From assembly GCA_046290225.1 (NCBI GenBank), contig JBKAGE010000022.1, forward strand, positions 1 to 10,959: 10,959 nucleotides of DNA, written 5' to 3'. A model generated the notes under the pieces. It made no database searches. It saw nothing but the letters and a program-made list of their open reading frames with translations, and had not been told where the DNA came from. This document shows positions 1 to 7,456 of the stretch, piece by piece (the stretch's first letter is position 1; each line of letters opens with the position of its first letter). Made by a program: the position numbers and the translations under genes. This stretch comes from Bradymonadia bacterium (GTDB lineage: Bacteria; Myxococcota_A; Bradymonadia; UBA7976; UBA1532).

Positions 1-160
1 ACCTCCAAGAGTTGTCCTGGTTTGGCTTGTCCTCCGCTACACCACAAAACCTACCCTCAAAAGGGGGGTTGCGAATTGATAGAGAGTCCGTGCCCGAAAC
101 TCTCTTGCCAGCGGAGCGACCCCCGAAACCACCATCCCGCTTCGAAGCTGACACAAAGGC

Positions 161-210
161 AGGGGATCTACCCCAGAGAAGGGGGATCTACCCCAGAGAA
201 AGGGAATCGA
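161..210. repeat. 20-bp tandem direct repeat, two copies plus a partial third
   Basis: 161-180 AGGGGATCTACCCCAGAGAA and 181-200 GGGGGATCTACCCCAGAGAA match at 19/20. 201-210 AGGGAATCGA matches 8/10 of the unit start. Each unit has an internal GGGG-atcta-CCCC dyad. Confidence 0.9.
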
Positions 211-214
211 GACC

Positions 215-1030
215 TCAGAGACGCGGATCGTATCGATCCCTCAAAGCATCACCGAGCAGATTGATCCCCAAAACAGTGAGGGCAATCGCCAACCCCGGGA
301 ACAGGGCCAGGTGCCCGCTGATCAGGAAGTAGCCTGCCCCCTGATCGAGCAAGGCCCCCCACGAAGGGCTGCCTTGAGGACCGAGGCCCAGGAAGGACAA
401 GCCCGCCTCGGCGAGAATGGCCGAAGCCACCCCGAAGGTGGCCTGCACGATGACCGGCGCCATCAGGTTGGGCAGCAGGTGCTTGCGGATGATCCACCAT
501 GGTGGCGCCCCCATACACCGCGCGGCCATCACAAAGGGCCGCTCTCGAAGCGACAAGATTTGCCCGCGAACCAGCCGGGCGTACCCCGCCCACCCGGTGA
601 CGCTCAGGGCGAAGATCACCGCCCATACAGATGGGCTCCGGGTCAGGGCGATGATCAAGATGGCCAGCAAGATGCCTGGAAACGCCATGAGCACATCGAT
701 CAAACGCATGATCAGCTCATCGACGGCGCCTCCGAAATAACCGCTGAGGCTGCCCATCAAGATGCCTACGCAGGCGCAGATGGTCACCGTGCCCAGCCCC
801 ACGATGACCGCGATGCGGGCGCCGTAGATGATCTGGGTGAGCACATCGGCGCCGTCTTCGTCAGTGCCCAGCCAATGATCCGGCGACGGAGGCTCGAGCG
901 TGCGGAGCAAATCAGTGTGAGTGGCATCGAAAGGTGCGAGCCACGGCGCCAGGAGCGCGCACAGCAACAGCGTGACGATCAACGCCCCGCCGAACCAGTA
1001 GGGCAGCCGCCCTCGGAGTGTGGCGCCCAT
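215..1030 (-). CDS. dppC: Peptide/nickel ABC transporter permease, DppC/OppC family
   Basis: Motifs [38 protein letters not shown], the EAA loop [30 protein letters not shown] and [17 protein letters not shown] at 1030 overlaps the dppB stop (TGATG). GTG at 1033 is an alternative start. Confidence 0.93.
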   Translation of the reverse strand: MGATLRGRLPYWFGGALIVTLLLCALLAPWLAPFDATHTDLLRTLEPPSPDHWLGTDEDGADVLTQIIYGARIAVIVGLGTVTICACVGILMGSLSGYFGGAVDELIMRLIDVLMAFPGILLAILIIALTRSPSVWAVIFALSVTGWAGYARLVRGQILSLRERPFVMAARCMGAPPWWIIRKHLLPNLMAPVIVQATFGVASAILAEAGLSFLGLGPQGSPSWGALLDQGAGYFLISGHLALFPGLAIALTVLGINLLGDALRDRYDPRL

Positions 1031-2142
1031 CACAACCTCACCCGGGGATCAGCGAAGGCGTAGAGCACGTCGGTGATGAGGTTCACCAGCACGTAGGTGG
1101 TGGCGATGACCAGCACCGTGCCCTGCACGAGGGGATAGTTCCGCTGCTGGATCGCCTCGAGCAGCAAGGTGCCCACTCCAGGACGGGCGAAGACCTTCTC
1201 GGTGACGATGGCCCCGGTGAGCAATGCCCCGAACTGCAAACCCAACACGGTGATGACGGGGATGAGCGCGTTGCGGAGCACATGCTTCACCAAAATCACG
1301 CCTTCGCCGAGGCCCTTGGCCCGAGCTGTCACCACAAAGGGCTCGTGCAGCACCTCGAGCACGCTCGAGCGGATCATGCGGGTGAGTTTGGCGGCGAGGG
1401 CGGTACCGAGGGTGATGGCAGGCAACACCAGGGCGGCGACGGGCCGATCGGTCTGTCCGGGGTTGGGCAGCCAGTCTACGCCCACGGTAAACGCGAGCAG
1501 CAACATGGGGCCCAGCCAGAAGGTGGGCACAGCGACGCCCACGAGGGCGAAGGCTGTCGCGCCGTGGTCGATCCAGGTGGCCCGCTTGAGGGCGGCGATG
1601 AGGCCCAACGGGAACGCGAGCGTCAGCGCCACGGCGAGGCCCGCGAGGGCGAGCTCCACAGTGGCGGGGATGTGCTCGGCGAGGCGATCGATGACCGGCT
1701 CAGGCTGAGTGTCGAAGGTCATGCCCAGGCTGCCGTCGAAGACCGTGTCCCAGAAACAGTCGTTGTACTGAATCACCCATGGGGCGTTGAGGCACAGGGC
1801 CTCGGTGAGCTCTGCCCGGGCCTCTGCAGAGGCCTGCTCTCCGAGGATCGCCTCCACAGGATCTCCAGGGGCCATGCGCAAAGCGCTAAAGACGAGCGTG
1901 GCAGCGCCGATCCATACGATGACGAGGGCCACCAGCCGCCGGGCGATGAACTGCGGAATCACCCGACGGTGGCCGAGCAGCCAGAAGCCGCCGGCGATGC
2001 CCGAAGCACACATGAGCTTGAAGGCGAGAGCGAAGGCGCTGCCCTGTACCTCGGGCTGCACGAGACCCCACAGCACGGCCCCGATGGCGGGGCCGAGGGC
2101 GGCCACGAGGGCCAGGGTCTGCCGTGGGCTGAGACGACGCAT
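1030..2142 (-). CDS. dppB: Peptide/nickel ABC transporter permease, DppB/OppB family, with an N-terminal hydrophobic extension
   Basis: Motifs FIARRLVAL, APGDPV, GSLGMTF, IPATVELA, VPTFWLG, LHEPFVVTARAKGL, HVLRNALIP, TEKVFARPGVG and LYAFADPRV. Start placed at ATG 2142 (MRRLSPRQ); the ORF-track extension to 2361 does not look protein-like. Confidence 0.9.
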   Translation of the reverse strand: MRRLSPRQTLALVAALGPAIGAVLWGLVQPEVQGSAFALAFKLMCASGIAGGFWLLGHRRVIPQFIARRLVALVIVWIGAATLVFSALRMAPGDPVEAILGEQASAEARAELTEALCLNAPWVIQYNDCFWDTVFDGSLGMTFDTQPEPVIDRLAEHIPATVELALAGLAVALTLAFPLGLIAALKRATWIDHGATAFALVGVAVPTFWLGPMLLLAFTVGVDWLPNPGQTDRPVAALVLPAITLGTALAAKLTRMIRSSVLEVLHEPFVVTARAKGLGEGVILVKHVLRNALIPVITVLGLQFGALLTGAIVTEKVFARPGVGTLLLEAIQQRNYPLVQGTVLVIATTYVLVNLITDVLYAFADPRVRL

Positions 2143-2202
2143 GGGGCTCAGGTGTGCTACGGATCGTCTGAGGGCGCAAGTCGACACACGTGGGAGGGGA
2201 AG

Positions 2203-3198
2203 ATGAGTCGAAGAGGAGCACATCAAAGGCGACTGCACACGGTCACACCGTGCCCGGCTGCTGCGGTTGATACACCTCAAAGTGGCTTGTGGTTCGACAT
2301 GCCAGTCACAGGCTCTCCAAAGCCTCGATGGCGCATGGAGTACACCGAGAGTCGAGCACACCCCGAGCGCCGGTTCATCGGTGTCCGGCTGACCATCGAC
2401 GATCAGCCTAGACTCTGGATCGATGTGGATGACTGGTGGAGCCGGATTTGGATGCTGTGGTCTCCGACCTCGACAGAGTCACCGTTGCCTCCCATTGGGG
2501 TCCGCGAGTGCAAAGCGCGCACGACAGAGGGTTGGACATGGTGGTGGCTGGACCGCCTGCTCATGGCCCACGAGCGAGGTCACCCCACGCCTTTGCACCC
2601 TGGCCGCTGGTGGTGCGGGCCCCTGCGCAGTCACCGCCTGAGCATCGCTCAGACGCCGACCCTCACGCCTGCAGTGGAGTTGGAGCGCTTCGAAGATCGG
2701 CTCTTCCCTACACGCCTGCTCTCACCGCTCGACGATGCCCGGGTGAAGGCGTGGCGCAAGCGCATCGAGGACGGTCAGTTTCCGCCCATCCTCGCGGTGT
2801 ATTGCTCAGTCTCCGAAGGCTGGCTGATCCTCGATGGTCACGATCGCCTCGTGGCCGCCCTCGACTTGGGGGTGACGCCTCAAGTGATCGGGCTCACGCA
2901 CACTTGCCCCTCACCCCTCGCCGAGAGCCTGGCACAACAGGCCCAGGCTCGAGCAGCCTTCGACGAGCGGGCGAGCAAGATCCCGTGGGCGCGCGCCACA
3001 CCAGACGTACGACAACACTTCAACCACGCAGCACAGCGCGTCTATCTCGGCGAGCACGATGCCCTGCACCGCACCCGCTTCTGGGCGCTCCACGGCGGTG
3101 TAAAGCAGTGGTGTGAAGAAGTGCGGACAGCCAGTCAGGATCTCACCGGCAGGCATGCCAAGACAGCAGAAGAGATGTTGTGGGCTGATCCTGCTTGA
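2203..3198 (+). CDS. Hypothetical protein with a ParB/Sulfiredoxin-like (DGHxR) domain
   Basis: This is the 3' part of ORF 1018..3198 that does not overlap dppB. It contains RVKAWRKRIEDGQFPPILAV...WLILDGHDRLVAALDLG, matching the P-I-x-V...I-x-DGH-x-R ParBc/Srx signature. ATG 2203 follows GGGAGG (2192-2197); ATG 2299 is an alternative start. Confidence 0.7.
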   Translation: MSRRGAHQRRLHTVTPCPAAAVDTPQSGLWFDMPVTGSPKPRWRMEYTESRAHPERRFIGVRLTIDDQPRLWIDVDDWWSRIWMLWSPTSTESPLPPIGVRECKARTTEGWTWWWLDRLLMAHERGHPTPLHPGRWWCGPLRSHRLSIAQTPTLTPAVELERFEDRLFPTRLLSPLDDARVKAWRKRIEDGQFPPILAVYCSVSEGWLILDGHDRLVAALDLGVTPQVIGLTHTCPSPLAESLAQQAQARAAFDERASKIPWARATPDVRQHFNHAAQRVYLGEHDALHRTRFWALHGGVKQWCEEVRTASQDLTGRHAKTAEEMLWADPA

Positions 3199-3223
3199 TC
3201 TACGGAAAAGCAGCCCCTACCCT
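3195..3223 (+). promoter_or_regulatory. Putative sigma70 promoter of tRNA-Ala copy 1
   Basis: TTGATC (3195-3200), 17-nt spacer, TACCCT (3218-3223), 18 nt upstream of the tRNA. The -35 hexamer contains the upstream gene's TGA stop. Confidence 0.6.
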
Positions 3224-3241
3224 CTGCCCGCTTCCATCTGT

Positions 3242-3314
3242 GGGGCTGTAGCTCAGTTGGGAGAGCACTAGAATCGCACTCTAGGGGTCAGGGGTTCAAC
3301 TCCCCTCAGCTCCA
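3242..3314 (+). tRNA. tRNA-Ala (anticodon CGC), copy 1
   Basis: Full cloverleaf: acceptor GGGGCTG/CAGCTCC with G3:U70 and discriminator A; D stem GCTC/GAGC; anticodon stem CTAGA/TCTAG with CGC at 3275-3277; T stem AGGGG/CCCCT with loop TTCAACT. Followed by CCG, so CCA is not encoded. Confidence 0.98.
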
Positions 3315-3329
3315 CCGGGGAAACCCATC

Positions 3330-3365
3330 GAAACCCTCTACTTCGGTAGGGGGTTTCTTCGTTTT
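3330..3365 (+). terminator. Intrinsic terminator after tRNA copy 1
   Basis: GAAACCCTCTAC-TTCG-GTAGGGGGTTTC is a 12-bp stem with one G:U and a cUUCGg tetraloop, followed by TTCGTTTT. Confidence 0.88.
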
Positions 3366-3488
3366 CGGGCGCCTGCCGCAGGTCGTGAGATACACCGATC
3401 CGGGCCCCTGCTCCTTTGACCCCTGCCTTGCTCTCAGCCCGTGGGCGGCCATACTCTCCCCGGAACCTCAGCAAACCAGGGAGACCTG

Positions 3489-4379
3489 TTGGATCTCAAA
3501 GCAATCGAGGCCCTGCTGGCCATCTCGACGACGGGGACCGTCGCCGCCGCTGCCCGAGACTTGAACGTCTCGCGCTCCTCGGTGAGACGTCGACTCGATG
3601 CGCTGGAGGCCGAGCTCGGGGTGATTCTCGTCCATCGCGGAGACAACGGCGCCCGGCTCACAGCAGCGGGCCGTCTGCTCGCAGCCCGGGGCGAGGCCCT
3701 CGTCCGCAGCGCCCGAGAGGCCGCCAACGACGCCCGGGCCGCGGGCAAACGGCCAGACGGGGTGGTGCGCTTCATCGGCCCACTTGGCCCACCACCAGAC
3801 ATACGGGCCCAGGTAACCACCGCCCTGACGCAGCTGCACTCGAGCCTGCAGTTCGACTTCATCGAGACCGAAGACCCCCTCGCCCACCTGGACGACGAGT
3901 TCGACCTGCTGGTCTACTTCGGCAAGCCCCTCGACGATGGGGCATTCTTCATGCGCTCCGTCGCCCGCCTGCAGCTCGGGCTCATGGCTTCACCGGCCTA
4001 CCTCGAAGCCCATGGCACCCCACAGACGGTGGAAGATCTCGCCGAGCACAAACTGCTGCTCTGGCGATCGTCACGGGACATCCCCGAGGCCCTGCCAGGG
4101 CCCGATGGGGCGCTGTACCCCATCAAGCCCACCCTCGTGTCGGCGAACTTGGAGTTTCTGCGAGAGCTCGCCTGGCAAGGTGGCGGGATCACGTGGGGCG
4201 TGCTGGCCCCCTTGGGCGAGAGAGACACGGAGCGTGCGCTGGTCCCGGTGATGCCCGATGTGTTCTCGGCCACTCTGGGCGCCTGGCTGATCTGCCCGCT
4301 GCCGAGCACCATGGACCCCCGAATCAAGGTCGTCTTGGAGGCGATCCTCACTGTGCTGGAGCACGCAGACCTCGGCTGA
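3489..4379 (+). CDS. LysR-family transcriptional regulator
   Basis: N-terminal wHTH DLKAIEALLAISTTGTVAAAARDLNVSRSSVRRRLDALEAELGVILVHR...LTAAG and C-terminal ASPAYLEAHGTPQTVEDLAEH. Likely TTG start at 3489 after GGGAGA (296 aa); the ORF track starts at 3441. Confidence 0.9.
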   Translation: MDLKAIEALLAISTTGTVAAAARDLNVSRSSVRRRLDALEAELGVILVHRGDNGARLTAAGRLLAARGEALVRSAREAANDARAAGKRPDGVVRFIGPLGPPPDIRAQVTTALTQLHSSLQFDFIETEDPLAHLDDEFDLLVYFGKPLDDGAFFMRSVARLQLGLMASPAYLEAHGTPQTVEDLAEHKLLLWRSSRDIPEALPGPDGALYPIKPTLVSANLEFLRELAWQGGGITWGVLAPLGERDTERALVPVMPDVFSATLGAWLICPLPSTMDPRIKVVLEAILTVLEHADLG

Positions 4380-4388
4380 GGTTCGTGG

Positions 4389-5267
4389 TCAAATGACCAC
4401 GTGCTCGGCGAGAAAATCCACGAACACCCTGACCCGTGAGGGCAGGGGTCCGTCACCGAGGAACACCGCGTGCACCGGCTCCAGTGGCTCGTCGAGGTGA
4501 TCCTCCAAGACCGCGACCAACCTGCCAGCCTCCAAGTCGTCGCGTACGAGGAACCGCCCGAGGCGCGCCAGCCCAACACCGGCGAGCACCAGATGGCGGA
4601 GTGTGTCTCCGCAATTCACGCGGACACGACCACGCACGCGCACCTCGCCCACCTCGCTGAAGCCCCAGGTGTTGAGACGCTCGCCGAGGTTGAAGTTGAG
4701 GCAGTTGTGCCCTTCTAGATCCGCCGGGGTAGATGGCACCCCACAGCGGTCTAGATACCCGGGGGAGGCGACGATGGCCCGGCGGATCCCACCGAGCTTG
4801 CGCACCTGCATGGCAGAGTCAGCCATGGGGCCCACGCGGATGGCCACGTCTGCCTGGTTGTCGAACAAGTCGATGATGTTGTCGTTGACGTTGAGATCCA
4901 GCGAGACCTCGGGATGTCGGGCGAGGAAGGCTGGCAGCAACGGTGCCAGGCAATAGTGGGCAAAGGGCACCGAGGAGTTCACGCGGAGCACCCCCCGGGC
5001 GGTGCCACGGCGCTCGGAGATCTCACGATCGGCGGCCTCGATGTCCCGCAAGATCGAAACGCAGCGCTCATAGTAAGTGGCGCCCTCTTCGGTGAGACGG
5101 GCTTTGCGCGTGGAGCGATCAAGCAAGCGCACCCCGAGGCTCTGCTCCAAACGGGAGAGCCCTTTGGAGACCGCGGAGGGCGTGATCGACAGCTTGCGCG
5201 CGGCGCCCGACAGGCTCCCCACCTCGGCGGTGGCCACGAAGGATCGGATGTTGGCCAGCTTGTCCAT
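4389..5267 (-). CDS. LysR-family transcriptional regulator, CrgA/DmlR-like
   Basis: MDKLANIRSFVATAEVGSLSGAARKLSITPSAVSKGLSRLEQSLGVRLLDRSTR, GVLRVN, DVAIRVG, ASPGYL..CGVPSTPADLEGHNCL and RVRVFVDFL; 292 aa. Confidence 0.95.
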   Translation of the reverse strand: MDKLANIRSFVATAEVGSLSGAARKLSITPSAVSKGLSRLEQSLGVRLLDRSTRKARLTEEGATYYERCVSILRDIEAADREISERRGTARGVLRVNSSVPFAHYCLAPLLPAFLARHPEVSLDLNVNDNIIDLFDNQADVAIRVGPMADSAMQVRKLGGIRRAIVASPGYLDRCGVPSTPADLEGHNCLNFNLGERLNTWGFSEVGEVRVRGRVRVNCGDTLRHLVLAGVGLARLGRFLVRDDLEAGRLVAVLEDHLDEPLEPVHAVFLGDGPLPSRVRVFVDFLAEHVVI

Positions 5268-5391
5268 GGTCGACAGGGTACGTCGACTGTGTCCTCACAG
5301 GCACGAGACCTTTGCCAAATGGCCGCTTTTTCGTGCTTGAGGCCGGGGGCTACTGTCCAGTGACATCACGCAAAGAGTCACTGGAGGAGTC

Positions 5392-7329
5392 ATGATGAGG
5401 GCGACGCTCTGTATAGCGCTTCTGTGTCTTTGGGGCTGCGGCGCAGAGCACACGGCCAGCGCGCCTGATCCTCAAGAGCAGACAGAGGCCGAGCGCACCG
5501 AGGCGCTGGTGCAGTCTCCAGAGATCAATGACTGGCGCCGCCGGGTCATCTACTTCGCCCTGGTGGATCGCTTCGCCAACGGCGACATCACCAACGATCG
5601 CGCCAACGGCGTCGCTGCCTGCAACGGCGACAACATTCACATCTATCAGGGCGGTGATCTCGCGGGCCTCACCGGGCGCCTCGACTACATCCGCGATCTC
5701 GGCGCCTCGGCCCTCTGGATCACGCCGTTGTACGAGGGGGTGGATGTCAAAGCCGGCGCCAACTGCGGTTTTCCTGGCTACTGGGCCGACTTCGCCGATC
5801 CATATGAGCTGAAGCTCGACGGGCGCTTCGGCCGCCCCGACGAGTTCGACACGCTGATCGACGTCGCCCACGACGAGGGTTTGCTGGTCATGCTGGACAT
5901 GGTGGTGAACCACGCGGGTTACGAGGCGCAGCTCGTCGAACAACGCCCCGAGTGGTTCACTGATCCGGCGACGTGCTGGCAACAGGGCAACCCCGAGATC
6001 TACTGCTCGCTGGCGGGCTTGCCGGACTTCGATCATCGCCGACAAGACGTACGTGACTACCTGGTCGACCTGCACCAGCAATGGGTGCGCCGATTCGACT
6101 TCGATGGGATTCGCATGGACACCGTCAAGCATGTGGAGCCCGGCTACTTCGGCAACGACTGGCTGCCCGCCATGCGCGCCGAGCGCCCTTCGCTCTACAT
6201 CATCGGCGAGCTGCTCAACGAGGGCTCTCTCGACCCGCTCCACCCCTACCTGGATGCAGGCTTCGATGGCCTGTTCAACTTCCCGCTGCGGCGCTCGCTG
6301 ATCGACACGTTCGCCAAAGGCGGCTCCGTGGACATCTCCGCCGGCCGCATGGCGGAGACCCTGAACCGATTCGGCGCCGACCAGGCGGGGCTGATGGTCA
6401 ACCTGCTCGACAACCACGACGTGCCACGCTTCCTCGAGGAGATGCCCTGGGGTCTCTCGGGGGCCGAGTCTCAACAGCGCTACCTGCTGGCCATGACGGC
6501 GCTCCTGACGCTGCCGGGTGTCCCCCAAATCTATTATGGCAACGAGATTGGGATGTACGGCGGGCACGACCCGCACAACCGGCGCTTCATGCCTGATTGG
6601 GCCTTCCGAGCGGAGGGGCGTGCCCAGTCGCATTCGGGGTACTTGCCCGAGCCCGATGTCGTCTTCGACTACACCCGACAGCTGCTGGCGATCCGATCCC
6701 AACATCCCGCCCTGGCGCTGGGACGCTATCGCGAGCTGTGGCGCCAGAACGGTCACCACAACGCGAACGTGTGGTCCTATCTACGGTCTGAGGGTGAAGA
6801 TCAGGTGGTGGTGGCCTACAACAATGGCAGCCGCTGGACCGACGGGCCATTGCCGGTCCAGGTGGGTGACGTCTTCCCCGACGGGACGATCCTCGATGAC
6901 GTGTTGGGCCGTGCAGGCGCTGGCCCCTTTGTTGTCCGAGACGGTCTGCTGCCATTGGAGCTGCCTGGGCGCTCCGCGGTGATCCTCGTGCCACGCCGGT
7001 CCCCTGAGACGCCCGTAGAGATGGGCGTAACCACAGTGCACTTCGAGGTGGAAGCGCACACATATTGGGGCCAGAGCGTGTACCTGACCGGGAGCACAGC
7101 GCCTCTCGGGGGCTGGGATCTCAACACCGCGCGCAAGATGAGCCCGAGCGATTGTCAGGGCACCCAATGCCGCTGGACCTTGGAGATGCCGCTGGGCGCG
7201 GGTGGTGAGGTGGAGTTCAAGTTCGTCAAGATCGACGAGAGCCTGCACGTCGTGTGGGAGCACGGCGCCAACCGGGTGATCCGTGTAGGGCCTGACCAGG
7301 CGAGCTACCAGGGCGGCGCCTTCCGCTGA
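5392..7329 (+). CDS. Lipoprotein alpha-amylase family enzyme (GH13) with a C-terminal CBM20 starch-binding domain
   Basis: SD GGAGGAG at 5383-5389 and a signal peptide with lipobox LWGC. GH13 regions I DMVVNH, II DGIRMDTVKH, III IIGELL and IV LLDNHD, plus IYYGNEIG. C-terminal CBM20 pattern TYWGQSVYLTGSTAPLGGWD...EFKFVK...VWEHGANR. Confidence 0.95.
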   Translation: MMRATLCIALLCLWGCGAEHTASAPDPQEQTEAERTEALVQSPEINDWRRRVIYFALVDRFANGDITNDRANGVAACNGDNIHIYQGGDLAGLTGRLDYIRDLGASALWITPLYEGVDVKAGANCGFPGYWADFADPYELKLDGRFGRPDEFDTLIDVAHDEGLLVMLDMVVNHAGYEAQLVEQRPEWFTDPATCWQQGNPEIYCSLAGLPDFDHRRQDVRDYLVDLHQQWVRRFDFDGIRMDTVKHVEPGYFGNDWLPAMRAERPSLYIIGELLNEGSLDPLHPYLDAGFDGLFNFPLRRSLIDTFAKGGSVDISAGRMAETLNRFGADQAGLMVNLLDNHDVPRFLEEMPWGLSGAESQQRYLLAMTALLTLPGVPQIYYGNEIGMYGGHDPHNRRFMPDWAFRAEGRAQSHSGYLPEPDVVFDYTRQLLAIRSQHPALALGRYRELWRQNGHHNANVWSYLRSEGEDQVVVAYNNGSRWTDGPLPVQVGDVFPDGTILDDVLGRAGAGPFVVRDGLLPLELPGRSAVILVPRRSPETPVEMGVTTVHFEVEAHTYWGQSVYLTGSTAPLGGWDLNTARKMSPSDCQGTQCRWTLEMPLGAGGEVEFKFVKIDESLHVVWEHGANRVIRVGPDQASYQGGAFR

Positions 7330-7456
7330 GCGCTCCATACCAACATCCCCCTGTTCATACCTCTCGCTTTTGGGTTGCCTCTCCCCTCCACCCATGACCT
7401 ATTTCGGGCTACACACTCAAATCTCGAGCGGGGCGGTGGTGCATGGAGGGAGCAAA

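Noticed and set aside
76..105. Hammerhead-like TTGATAGA...CGAAAC and SAM-I-like CTATCAA/GCAACC words
   Set aside because: There is no CUGAnGA core with a proper stem II, and the SAM-I helices and conserved junction order are absent.
161..210. Possible mini CRISPR array
   Set aside because: The units are contiguous with no unique spacers, only 20 bp long, and no cas genes are in the window.
1018..2202. N-terminal ~395 aa of the 726-aa + strand ORF, an apparent large fusion protein
   Set aside because: It is the antisense shadow of dppB. High-GC codon bias leaves that frame stop-free and the His/Gly/Glu-rich translation is not protein-like.
3314..3317. Missing 3' CCA as evidence of tRNA pseudogenes
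   Set aside because: Many bacteria add CCA after transcription. Both cloverleafs, the G3:U70 identity pair, promoters and terminators are intact.
3268..3474. Short ORFs overlapping the tRNAs (3268..3474 - and 9900..10094 +)
   Set aside because: They run through tRNA and terminator sequence and are spurious.
5288..5304. LysR T-N11-A box in the LysR-amylase spacer
   Set aside because: Only an imperfect dyad GTG(T)CCT-CAC-AGGCAC is present and no T-N11-A register fits it.
5350..6759. 469-aa minus-strand ORF and other long antisense or alternate-frame ORFs (311..1063, 3416..4396, 8054..8881, 8924..9799, 9958..10725)
   Set aside because: Each overlaps a well-supported gene and has no motifs of its own; these are typical GC-rich shadow ORFs.
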